Below are positions 1 to 11,240 of a stretch of 64,000 bases of DNA, one piece after another. The DNA lies in NCBI GenBank assembly GCA_002269645.1, contig NIVC01000470.1, forward strand, positions 1 to 64,000, read 5' to 3'. This DNA comes from Macrostomum lignano (lineage: Eukaryota). The position numbers and the translations under genes are program-made. A model generated the notes under the pieces. That model did no database searches. It had not been told where the DNA came from and saw only the letters and a list, made by a program, of their open reading frames with translations. The stretch's first letter is position 1. Each line of letters starts with the position of its first letter.

Positions 1-1065
1 AATACATTCTCGCGACTTTCGGACAGCCGAAGTATACTCAACAGATACTCAGATATACTCAAACATATACTCAGACAATTACTTACTTTACATACATACT
101 AAGAAAAATATATAAACTAATTTTAATAAACTTTGGTGGCTTAGCAATGGGATTATCAAGGAGATAGAACTACAAACCCTAGCATAGCTTGGTGTCAACA
201 GTGAGATTATAGAAGTAGAACAAACTTCTATGACACTATATTGTTTCATTTTTTCTGAAATAAAAATTGCTTTAAAATTGGCTATTTTAAAAACATCTTA
301 CAATTATAAGAAATATTTTTGTTTTAATATTATTTAAAAGCAATGTTATCAATATAGAGGCCTAATATAAAATGCTTTAATATGAGATAGGTCTCTTTAT
401 TTTATGCAAAAATTAAAATAAAACTTGTGTTCAGCCTTGAAGCAATCATTATTATGCAATTAAGAAAAAGTTAATAGTGAGTTCCAAAGAAATATCTTAA
501 AGTATTTTCCTAAAGAAGAAGACCTTAAAGAAGACCTTAAGTATCTTAAAGAAGACCAAAGTAAAAAGAAAGAATACAAAGTAGATCCACAATAATACAC
601 ATAGAACAGAGGCTGTGACCCTTTAATCTTAGTAATGCCTAGGACTAGAGGTAATATTTGAAGTATATATACTAGTAGTAATAAAATTAATATACCACCA
701 CTTAGGCTAGATTTATAAATAATGCTACCAGAACTAATAAGAATGCTATTAGTAGAATAATAAGTACCATCAATAAAGAGATAGGACTTACTTAGAATTA
801 TACTCAGACTTTTATTGAGAACAATACTAAGACTAATACTTGGACAGATTCTCAAACCATTACTTAGATATATACTAAGAATAATTCATAGACCAATTTT
901 AAGAAAGTATAGAATTAGCCTAGGATAACTTTGGTGGCATTAGTAGGATCATAAAGAGAGAAATATAGCCCTAGGACAAATTGGTAACAATAGTAAAACC
1001 AATTATAATTTTAAAGGGAAGAACTTTCCCTTGGAACAATTTGGTGTTAGCTTTCAAGGTATTTA
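1..1065 (+). mobile_element. Two decayed copies (about 1-220 and 590-1065) of an LTR-retrotransposon-like leader with tandem PBS-like motifs
   Basis: TGGTG(G/T)C...GGAT motifs at 134, 190, 932, 982 and 1042, most preceded by a CCCTA(C/G)GACA-ACTT-like word. The upstream blocks GTGACCCT, CTTAGGCTAG and GCTACCAGAAC recur at 2340-2600 (minus) and 18720-18860. Confidence 0.5.
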
Positions 1066-2039
1066 CAGAGACAGAAGCATTAGGCTATAATAGCAAAAAA
1101 GCTTAGAATGCCCACTTGATTGTACCTAAGGCCAACTTAACTGTAAGGCTAATGAAATTTGAAATTTGCAATACTTACATTACTATCTATGACTATAAGC
1201 CAATACTAATAATGATAGCCAACACAATGTTAACAATTTGCTATTTAGCCATATATAGGATTTTATAAAATTTTCAAGCTTGCAAACAATGCTTTGAAAC
1301 TTCTTTTAACTATATAGCCAATCATAGCCTACACTTTATAGACCCTAACAACTTTGAACTTCATAATCCACACTAATATCATTGAGGATAAGAGGTCTTA
1401 CTTAGGCCCATGTCAAGGCCATGCATAGCATGCACTTTTAATATTCTTATTGAAAGCTATCTAAATGAATATCTATGACAACTCTTTCTAGGAAATGGGT
1501 TTAGCAACTTTCTATATTGGCTACAAAATATTACTATTGATTTCTAACTATAACAATATACTTACCTAACATTTATCAAAATTTTTGTCTGATATTGATA
1601 AGTTAATTAAAAAACAATAATTTAATACTACAAAGTAGATTGCAAAATTGCCTATTACTATTATTATATTCTATATCAAAGGCTACTAATATGCAGTGTA
1701 ACGACAGCACATTTTAAAAATGATTGAGCAGGACAATTTTTTTGGGCAGCAATATTAGGCATTGCTTTTTGGAAACAAAATTGTATCATATAAAATAATT
1801 AACAAACAGAAAACAAAAAAAATACATTTTCAGTCATAAAAACTTTAAAAAAACTTTTTTTGAATCCAGTGATATTTTATTTTTAACTTAGACAATAGCC
1901 CTGTGACACTGACACAATTTTTATACATTTCTAAATTCTAGACTTCCCACTTCACTGCGCCAGTTTCAAATCATATTCAAATAAAATCATTTGGTCAAAT
2001 CATATCTTAAATCATGTCTTACCTTAAATTATATAGATG

Positions 2040-2990
2040 TTAAGTTTTTACTTATATTATCAACTAGCAATTCACTTCTTTTTCTTTGCAGCTGGCATTT
2101 TTTTAACTTGGCTACTTTGGCACTTCCACAGTTGTTGATCTTGTTGATCCACCTTTTAAAGCATCTCCTTTGCTACTTTTCTCATTTCATCAATTACCTT
2201 TTACTTAGCAGCTTTGTCCTTTTGTTTTTTTGTCTTTTCCCATTCCTTGGCCTTCTGACGCTGCATATTTAGCTTTTTTAAAGGCAGTTCATTACTTCTT
2301 CATGCTCCTGTCGTAGGGCTCTTAATTATTCCTTTTGCTAGCCTTACTAGCTGCCACCAAAGTTGTAATAAAGCTATTTCTCCTTAATAATTCTACTGGT
2401 TATTAATTGTCTTTCTACTGGTAGCGCATGTACTTCTATCGGTAGTGCATGTACTTCTATCGGTAGCGTATGTACTTCTATTGTACTTTCTAGCCTGAGC
2501 GGTCTAATAGCACTGTCTATTCTATTCCTATGCTTCCCCTAATATTATTCTCTCAGTCCTGGGCGTTCCCTAGATCAGAGGGTCACAGCTTATGCTCTTT
2601 CTCTGCCCTGAGGCGATCTTCTCTCGTTATGAGGCAGTTCTCCTGCCCTGAGGCGAATTTACAATTTACTGCCCTGAGGCGGTTTCTCGCTTGTAGCAGT
2701 TTCTGATACTCCCAATTGGGGTTCTTATACTCTAAGAAATGATTAAGTCTTTAAGCGATTTCAATATTTAGAACGAACTAAATTTGCTTATCGAAAACCG
2801 AGAGGTAGCAAACGGTTGCTTCCTCAAGTCTGCTCAGCGTGTCTATTTATACCCAAAATTCGTTATAGTTTAAACAAAATAATAATTGCAGAAATATTTT
2901 TGCAAACCACAACATTCAAACAAATATTTCGCGCAGATTTGAATAAAGGTTTTTCTAAGAAAGGCAAACATAAAACGAGTAAAATTTAAA
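2040..2990 (-). mobile_element. LTR-like segment (about 2990-2368), Leu-PBS-like site (about 2345-2362) and decayed Lys/Glu-rich gag-like frame
   Basis: The minus strand reads TTATTACA-ACTT-TGGTGGCAGCTAGT. There is a TATA-like GGGTATAAATAG near 2845 and it shares blocks with the copies at 600-1060 and 18720-18860. Downstream is a broken coiled-coil-like frame (LRQEHEEVMNCL...). Confidence 0.45.
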
Positions 2991-3039
2991 AGTATTAGAG
3001 TTATTATTAATGCCTGTCTCACTCCTTTGCCTTAGCCCT

Positions 3040-3527
3040 TAGCAGATGCTTTGGCATTTGCATGGGCATTGAAGCTGAGGACCCATAGCAAGCAGTCAAT
3101 GCAAAAATTGGATGACTCTTTTCCAAAGGCCTTTAGCCAAGACTTGATAAACAAGACAGTCTAGTGTATAATTGGCCAACTGGTTTCGCTGCTTTGTAAA
3201 ATTGTTAGCAATCCATTTGATGACCTGCTCATTGTTGGCATTTCTATGCAGTAGACTGTAGGCCTACGCAGCACAACCAAGCTAGGCTAGCAGTGGAAAT
3301 TCCTCACATGGCAATGTGGCCTAGAACTTCTCCAGTTCTTTGACTCTAGCAAGCTCCTCAAATAAAATGACATACAACTTAATGACCTCTAGTCATAGGT
3401 TGTCTAGACGAGCAGGTTCAATTACAGTTAGCATAGGCCTAGGCTTAGGCCTAGCCTTAGCAATCAGGATGACCATCTTTTCCAAATTCAATTGGTGGTT
3501 TCTTCTAAGTTTTTGAGATAGTGACAT
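3040..3527 (-). pseudogene. Decayed hAT-like transposase C-terminal (dimerisation-region) fragment
   Basis: Minus frame: EKF*ATLPCEEFPLLA*LGCAA*AYSLLHRNANNEQVIKWIANNFTKQRNQLANYTLDCL. This resembles the hAT motif FW..FP.L..LA...L.LPHSNA..ER.FS......T..RN.L...TL. It has several in-frame stops. Confidence 0.55.
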
Positions 3528-4829
3528 TTATTAGTGTATTTAAAAAATTTGCGCAATTAAGCAGAAAAATAAAAATACTAAAATAGTACAAAATAGGCCC
3601 TATTAAAATAGTGCAGGTAGGCCTATGGTCAGAATGTTAATAGTATGCCAGGGCAAGGCTAGGCCTATCCTATAGAATAATTTGTTAAATTAGGCCCTAG
3701 GTCTATTTTTCACTTGAATTCAATTCCTTTCTATTTTTAGAGTCCAAAAGTATGAAAATAAAAAAATAATTTAATAAACAATTTTATCTATAGGGTAGCA
3801 GCAATAGGCATAGTCTAATTTTGTCCTTTATTTAATTTTTCTTGAAATTTCTCATTATTTTTATTTATATTTATCTATTCCAATGTTTGCCTTTGGCTTA
3901 GGCCTAGCCTTTAGGCTTAAGTTGCTCAGGGGCCTAGCTAGTGCATATATAGGCCTATGAAATGGTGCAATAATTGAAAATATAGACTTAGTGAAAAAAT
4001 AGGCTTAGCAGTTCAACTTCAAGTCAAATGGATTCTTTTAAAGTTTAAGATGTGCTAGTTTTGTCATCTAGGCCCAAGTTTCTGTGAAACTGCCAGAAGG
4101 CCTAGGGCCTAGGCTATCACAGTTGCATTAATGAACCATAGGCCAAAGGGCCTAGCTAGTCCCTACTAGCCACAAGCAAGCCTAAGCCAGCCATGGAATA
4201 TTGGCATGGGCATAAGGATTTATGATAAAACAGTCTCTGCAGTGTTTAGACTTTAGACCCTAGACGCACTAATGCGGGCAAAATCCGAATTTCACAGTTC
4301 AATTCAGTCTGAGTGGTATTTGGTTTAAGGTAGCCTGCTACATTGGCTGAAAGTAGACCTATATATAATATTATGGCAAGTCCAATTGCGCAACGTCACC
4401 TTTTAAATAATGATGTTACTATATATTATTAAACAGCTGCAATTACGTCTACCATACAGCACAATATTGCTAATAGTGTATATTAACACACTTTTAAAAG
4501 TAATAACAGCAGAGGTTGTATTATAAAGTTTTAAAATTTGTTTAAATTTACTTTTGATTAAAATGATTCGAATGCAGAAATATATATATACATACCGTGC
4601 AACAAGCAAAAAAGAATACTAAGAAGACAAAGCTTTGTACTTCAGGCCAACTGTGAATCAAGGACTCGGACTACTCAATTAGAAAGACGGAAAACCGTCG
4701 TTTCTTGGAAAATTTAAGAAAGCAGGTTTTTTCCATCTTTTCCACTTTTCATTCCTGGTTCTGTTTGTCTGGCCGTGTTTTCTGGGAGGTCATCCCGCAT
4801 TGCATGGCTGTAAAAGTAGAGGTAAATCT

Positions 4830-5095
4830 GCAATGAACTGGAGCAGGTCGCCCATTTGCTGCGATCCATGTACCAGGGGCATCGGACAAGGTGCTCCTCT
4901 TCAACAATGCGCGGACTCACAAAGAAATCAACCAAGGCCAAGCTGGCAAGCCTGCTGGGCTTCAGTATTTTGCCCCTCCCACCATATATTCGCCGGACCT
5001 CTTGCTATGTGACTACCATGTGTTCAGGTCCCTCCAGAACTTTTGCGATGTTCGCAGCAATTCGCAGTTCGCCAACAAGTAGCGCAGCGTGTAGA
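4830..5095 (+). pseudogene. mariner (Tc1/mariner) transposase C-terminal remnant
   Basis: LLFNNARTH and YSPDLLLCDYHVFRSLQNF match the mariner motifs LHDNARPH and YSPDLAPSDYHLFRSLQNFL. The remnant is truncated and frameshifted. Confidence 0.8.
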
Positions 5096-6407
5096 GCAAA
5101 CAGTATAGAAATGGATAGATTCTAGGCCTGCGAGCTTCTGGAGAGAGGGGATCGAGGGATTGCTAGCAAGATGAGAGGGGGTCAGGGGGTCATGAATTGC
5201 AACTAAATCACATCGCTGTAAACTGTTCCTGAGACTATTTGTTACAGTTTTCGATGTCAGCAAAGTTGTTATATCACACGAGCTGTGTACTTGTTAAGTA
5301 CAATCAACGAACAAACTAGTTTAATCAGTTTTATAATAATTGAAATTTTAACTGAATTAAACACAAAAAAAATAAATGAATATATGTAGAAATTAGATGC
5401 CGCCCAATTGTACAGCAGTAAATCATAATAGTTAACTTATTTATCGGATAGATTTGTTATTTCATTTGCACTATTGAATTAATTTACAAATGTCACATAA
5501 CTTTAACAAATAATCTGTCAAGATAATTAGAAATAAACAACTAAATAAAATGTACTACTGGATACTAGAACGATATAAGCGGAATAACTTGACTAGTATT
5601 GCAAAATAATGAAATTACTGAGTGCGAAAAAAATGTAATAAAATCGAACTACGGTAGAATATTGCATAATAATAACAATACTGGCATCAGAACAATGCGA
5701 GCTATGAATGTATTTTCTAAAATATTAGCCCACAGAAGACAAACCCGCTAATAAATCATTAGACTGCCTTGCTAGATATTCTTTAATAATTTAATAAAAT
5801 GTGAGAATATAGCATTATTACGCGTATGTGACTATAAATAGAAATGGAAAATCAATATAGCAGTAACACAGTAAACGCTTATAGACATACATGCGCAACC
5901 CCTCCTGATTACACCAGCCAAAGAAACGTAAACATAATTTTGGGTAAACGGCAAGAGTAACTTTAACTATATATTATTGAGACCAAATGCCTCGTCATCT
6001 TATATTAGTACTATATCTGTATTTTTCGGGTGGGCATTTGTGTGACTTACATTGGGTGGGCCCCTGGGCCCGGGTGTTGCGCATGTATTCTTATAGATAT
6101 AAAATTATAAGGAAATTTAGGAAACATTAATATCTTGAATTTGGCGCCAATTCAATTTGTAAGTTATAATGTAGCGAGCAAACCAAGCATAGTTTGTTCA
6201 ATAAAATGTAAACAAAGCGCGACTAGGATGGTAAAAAAACAGTTCAAGAAAAATGTCTTGAAAAGCAATTGAAACGCAGACTAGAAGCAGAGCTCTGCTT
6301 TTAAATTAAAAGATAAAAAGCAAATATTTTATGAGAAAAAGAAGGAAAAGCAACTATTTACTGACGAGTTTTTAAGTGTAAAATTTTCTTATTAACATTT
6401 ACTACAT

Positions 6408-7477
6408 CAGACTGTCTGTAAGCCCCCTCCCCCAACCCGCAGACTGCCTGTAAGTCTTTCCCCAAACCCGCAGACTGCCTGTAAGTACCCCCAAACCCGC
6501 AGACTGTCTGTAAGTCTTTCCATCAAACCCGCAGACTGTCTGTAAGTCTTTCCATCAAACCCGCAGACTGTCTGTAAGTCTTTCCATCAAACCCGCAGAC
6601 TGTCTGTAAGTCTTTCCCCAAACCCGCAGACTGTCTGTAAGTCTTTCCCCAAACCCACAAACTGTCGGTAAGTCTTTCCATCAAACCCGCAGACTGTCTG
6701 TAAGTCTTTCCCCAAACCCGCTGACTGTCGGTAAGTCTTTCCCCAAACCCACAAACTGTCGGTAAGTCTTTCCATCAAACCCGCAGACTGTCTGTAAGTC
6801 TTTCCCCAAACCCGCAGACTGTCTGTAAGTCTTTCCATCAAACCCGCAGACTGTCTGTAAGTCTTTCCCCAAACCCGCAGACTGTCTGTAAGTCTTTCCA
6901 TCAAACCCGCAGACTGTCTGTAAGTCTTTCCCCAAACCCGCAGACTGTCTGTAAGTCTTTCCATCAAACCCGCAGACTGTCTGTAAGTCTTTCCATCAAA
7001 CCCGCAGACTGTCTGTAAGTCTTTCCCCAAACCCGCAGACTGTCTGTAAGTCTTTCCATCAAACCCGCAGACTGTCTGTAAGTCTTTCCATCAAACCCGC
7101 AGACTGTCTGTAAGTCTTTCCATCAAACCCGCAGACTGTCTGTAAGTCTTTCCCCAAACCCGCAGACTGTCTGTAAGTCTTTCCCCAAACCCGCAGACTG
7201 TCTGTAAGTCTTTCCCCAAACCCGCAGACTGTCTGTAAGTCTTTCCATCAAACCCGCAGACTGTCTGTAAGTCTTTCCCCAAACCCGCAGACTGTCTGTA
7301 AGTCTTTCCATCAAACCCGCAGACTGTCTGTAAGTCTTTCCATCAAACCCGCAGACTGTCTGTAAGTCTTTCCATCAAACCCGCAGACTGTCTGTAAGTC
7401 TTTCCATCAAACCCGCAGACTGTCTGTAAGTCTTTCCATCAAACCCGCAGACTGTCTGTAAGTCTTTCCATCAAACC
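6408..7477. repeat. 31-32 bp minisatellite (AAACCCGCAGACTGTCTGTAAGTCTTTCCATC / ...TTCCCC) downstream of RPIA
   Basis: Direct tandem units visible; explains ORFs 6587-7314. Confidence 0.97.
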
Positions 7478-7687
7478 TAGAGTGGCCTTGCGCGCAAAAT
7501 CAAAAGACAAATAAAAAACTTATAATATAAAAAACAACATTTATACAGTATCTAAATTGAAATGAGAGAATAGACGCCAGATAGAAGTGAGAAGAGGGCT
7601 GGAGAGGATGCGGGGAGAGAGGATTTAAGAGCTAGCACAGACGCAATCAGTTCGCTATCCAAGAGACCGTCAGAAGGAAGTCGGCGC

Positions 7688-7879
7688 TCACTTGAGCACG
7701 AGTCTGCTAACAGAGCCGTCTAACTTTCCAACGTAGATCTTCGAAGCTGCCTGGATGAAGAGCCCAGTCTCGATGACGCCGGGCATCTGGTGCAGCTGGA
7801 AGTCCACCTCCTCCCAGCTGTGCTGCTGTTCGAAATGCCAGTCCAATAGGAAATTGCCGTTGTCGGTGACCACAGGGCC
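7688..7879 (-). CDS. RPIA: Ribose-5-phosphate isomerase A, exon 5 (last)
   Basis: GPVVTDNGNFLLDWHF...MPGVIETGLF...* matches the RPIA C-terminus. AG acceptor at 7880-7881 (minus), phase 0. Confidence 0.95.
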   Translation of the reverse strand, partial: GPVVTDNGNFLLDWHFEQQHSWEEVDFQLHQMPGVIETGLFIQAASKIYVGKLDGSVSRLVLK

Positions 7880-8017
7880 CTACGGTGGAGTATGGATTAA
7901 ATTTTAATACATTAAACATTTAATTTAGCATTTTTGAGTCCTAACTTTCAATTTTTTATGTATGAGTCCTAATCATGTATGTACGATCGTACTAAGAGTA
8001 GGGTTGCAGCCCAGTGA

Positions 8018-8292
8018 GGGGTTGTAGCCTAGTGGTTAGAGCGTCGGACTCACGACTTGAAGGTCGGGGGTTCGATTCTCGATCCCACTGGAACAATTTG
8101 TGTTCTTGAGCAAGACACTTAACCTGCATTGCTTCAGTTCACCCAGCTGTAAAATGGGTGCCAGCATTAGCTGGGGTAATTGAGGGTGTGTGTGGCGACC
8201 CCCAGTCCTTGGACTGAACAGCCGTACGCAGCCTTCAGATGCGCCTCGCAATAGCTGCGGCTGAGCTGTCGGTTGCACATCTGGCCTCATGA
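8018..8292 (+). mobile_element. tRNA-derived SINE with conserved central domain, antisense in RPIA intron 4
   Basis: A box TAGCCTAGTGG and B box GGTTCGATTCT in a tRNA-like head. These are followed by TTCTTGAGCAAGACACTTAACC...CACCCAGCTGTAAAATGGGTGCC, similar to conserved metazoan SINE cores (Nin/Deu type). Confidence 0.8.
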
Positions 8293-8304
8293 GGTACCGA
8301 TTTA

Positions 8305-9105
8305 AAAATCTCATTTATCTACCTGAGATACCGATCTCAAAGTCTCATTTATCTACCTGAGATACCGACCTCAAAATCTCATTTATCTACCTGAAGTACC
8401 ATTTTTAAAATCCTATGTATCTACCTGAGATACCATTTTTTAAATCTCATGTATCTACCTAAGATACCGATCACAAATCTTATTATCTATCTGAGATACC
8501 GATCACAAATCTCATTATCTACCTGAGATACCGATCAAAAATCTTATTATCTACCTGAGATACCGATCACAAATCGTATTATCTACCTGAGATACCGATC
8601 ACAAATCTTATTATCTACCTGAGATACCGATCACAAATCTTATTATCTACCTGAGATACCGATCACAAATCTCATTATCTACCTGAGATACCGATCACAA
8701 ATCTCATTATCTACCTGAGATACCGATCACAAATCGTATTATCTACCTGAGATACCGATCACAAATCTTATTATCTACCTGAGATACCGATCACAAATCT
8801 TATTATCTACCTGAGATACCGATCACAAATCTCATTATCTACCTGAGATACCGATCACAAATCTCATTATCTACCTGAGATACCGATCACAAATCTCATT
8901 ATCTACCTGAGATACCGATCACAAATCTCATTATCTACCTGAGATACCGATCACAAATCTCATTATCTACCTGAGATACCGATCACAAATCTCATTATCT
9001 ACCTGAGATACCGATCACAAATCTCATATCTACCTGAGACACCGATCACAAATCTCATTATCTACCTGAGATACCGATCACAAATCTCATTATCTACCTG
9101 AGATA
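8305..9105. repeat. 32 bp minisatellite (TATCTACCTGAGATACCGATCACAAATCTCAT) in RPIA intron 4
   Basis: Tandem units run up to within about 10 bp of the exon 4 donor. Confidence 0.97.
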
Positions 9106-9114
9106 TTCGCTCAC

Positions 9115-9453
9115 CAATTTGCCCAATGATTCCCTAAGCAGCGCTTTGCCGCCGAACTGAGACTCGACCCGGCGTTTAACCAGCGACCAGGCCATGGGCA
9201 CCACCTCCAGCGGGATGCCGCCCTTCCACTTCTGGCCGAACTGGCTGCTGTACTTGCTCTCGTCGCACACGATCACCAGGGTGCCGGCGGCCGTGTCAAC
9301 AATTTTCTCCTGCAGCAGGCAGCCGCCGCCGCCTTTGATCATGTTCAGCTCGGCGTCGATCTCGTCGGCGCTGTCAGCCGACCAGTCCAGCTCTTCGTCG
9401 CAGTGCTCCAGCTCGAATAAGCGAAGGCCGCGCTCCAGGATCAGCTGCTTGGC
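9115..9453 (-). CDS. RPIA: Ribose-5-phosphate isomerase A, exon 4
   Basis: AKQLIL...DSADEID...MIKGGGGCLLQEKIV...GIPLEVVPMA...GKL. CCCCAG acceptor and GTGAG donor, 339 nt, phase 0/0. Confidence 0.96.
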
Positions 9454-9489
9454 CTGGGGCAGGGGTAACACACAGATGAGTTAGCATTA

Positions 9490-9795
9490 GCATGACCTTT
9501 GACCTTTGACCCACTGTCTCAACATGACCCTTGACCTATTGTATTAGCATAACTCTTAACCAATTGTACTAACATGACCTTTGACCCATTGTCTAACATA
9601 ACCCTCGATCCATTGTCTAACATAACCCTTGATCCATTGTCTAACATAACCCTCGATCCATTGTCTAACATAAAATTTGAACTATTGTTTAACATGAACT
9701 TTGACACATGGTCTAATATGACCCTTGACCCATCGTCTTAGCGTGACCTTTGACCCATAGTCTTGATAAGATCTTTTGATCCCATAACTCGACTT
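9490..9795. repeat. Degenerate 24 bp minisatellite in RPIA intron 3
   Basis: Units of the type GTCTAACATAACCCTCGATCCATT. Confidence 0.85.
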
Positions 9796-10168
9796 TAACT
9801 TTGACCAAGACGCGACAACACCTTCGATTCAAGAGACTACTTTTAGTAGGGCAGTTCGAACATCTTTTTAGCTAAGAAACAACACCGCGTACTCGTACCA
9901 GCTCTAGCTTCAGGCCAAACCGCTCTCATTTATCCCTATTTTGCATCGCATCAATCACTTCCGCTGCTAATAAATAGCAAATCTTAAGCCAGACTATAGG
10001 AAAGTGTCCGAATACAGTACGAGCTCCGGACACTGCTGTAAGCCGGTTTCTGAGGCATAAATCAGATATGTGGGATAATATTATGCAAAATATACCCTGC
10101 CGCCGTTATTAAACAAGTAAGCAAATTAGGGAATAGATTTCACTAGCGATTCTTCCAGCTCCAAATTT

Positions 10169-10702
10169 CAGTAGCAACCCAGTGACCAACCTTCCTGTCC
10201 ATCAGTAGCAACCCAGTGACCAACCCTCCTGTCCATCAGTAGCAACCCAGTGACCAACCCTCCTGTCCATCAGTAGCAACCCAGTGACCAACCCTCCTGT
10301 CCATCAGTAGCAACCCAGTGACCAACCCTCCTGTCCATCAGTAGCAACCCAGTGACCAACCCTCCTGTCCATCAGTAGCAACCCAGTGACCAACCCTCCT
10401 GTCCATCAGTAGCAACCCAGTGACCAACCCTCCTGTCCATCAGTAGCAACCCAGTGACCAACCCTCCTGTGCATCAGTAGCAACCCAGTGACCAACCCTC
10501 CTGTCCATCAGTAGCAACCCAGTGACCAACCCTCCCGTCCATCAGTAGCAACCCGGTGACCAACCCTCCCGTCCATCAGTAGCAACCCGGTGACCAACCC
10601 TCCTGTCCATCAGTAGCAACCCAGTGACCAACCCTCCCGTCTATCAGTAGCAACCCAGTGACCAACCCTCCCGTCCATCAGTAGCAACCCAGTGACCAAC
10701 CC
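10169..10702. repeat. 34 bp minisatellite (CAGTAGCAACCCAGTGACCAACCCTCCTGTCCAT) in RPIA intron 3
   Basis: Tandem units abut the exon 3 donor. Confidence 0.97.
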
Positions 10703-10712
10703 AGCCGCTCAC

Positions 10713-10768
10713 CTGATAGGAGGTCGGGATGCACCTGACAGACCAGCCGCGCTGTCGAATGAGTTCAG
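10713..10768 (-). CDS. RPIA: Ribose-5-phosphate isomerase A, exon 3 (56 nt; not in the ORF track)
   Basis: (S)ELIRQRGWSVRCIPTSYQ matches RPIA LVCIPTSFQ. CCCGCAG acceptor and GTGAG donor; phase 1 in, phase 0 out. Confidence 0.93.
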
Positions 10769-10882
10769 CTGCGGGCCAAATAAGTCAGTTTTCGATGATT
10801 TTTTAATCAAGCACGTCTGAATCAAAGGAATTAATGTTTTGCATGTTTAGAGACTGACAAGCTGACATTTAAAAACCGGCTG

Positions 10883-11240
10883 TCGCCAAATAGTCAGGAC
10901 ATCAGTGGCGCCAAATAGTCAGGATTTCATTGGCGCCAAATAGTCAGGACATCAGTGGCGCCAAATAGTCAGGATTTCATTGGCGCCAAATAGTCAGGAC
11001 ATCAGTGGCGCCAAATAGTCAGGATTTCATTGGCGCCAAATAGTCAGGACATCAGTGGCGCCAAATAGTCAGGATTTCATTGGCGCCAAATAGTCAGGAC
11101 ATCAGTGGCGCCAAATAGTCAGGATTTCATTGGCGCCAAATAGTCAGGACATCAGTGGCGCCAAATAGTCAGGATTTCATTGGCGCCAAATAGTCAGGAT
11201 TTCATTGGCACCAAATAGTCAGGATATCAGTGGCGCCAAA
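10883..11240. repeat. 25 bp alternating A/B units (50 bp higher-order repeat) in RPIA intron 2
   Basis: CCAAATAGTCAGGACATCAGTGGCG alternates with CCAAATAGTCAGGATTTCATTGGCG. Confidence 0.95.

Noticed and set aside
8018-8090. Functional tRNA gene
   Set aside because: The acceptor and anticodon stems pair poorly and the sequence continues into a SINE-type core, so it was called a SINE head.
10883-11240. CRISPR array or tRNA-Lys PBS array
   Set aside because: The context is eukaryotic, there are no unique spacers and no cas genes, and similarity to the Lys PBS is limited to TGGCGCC.
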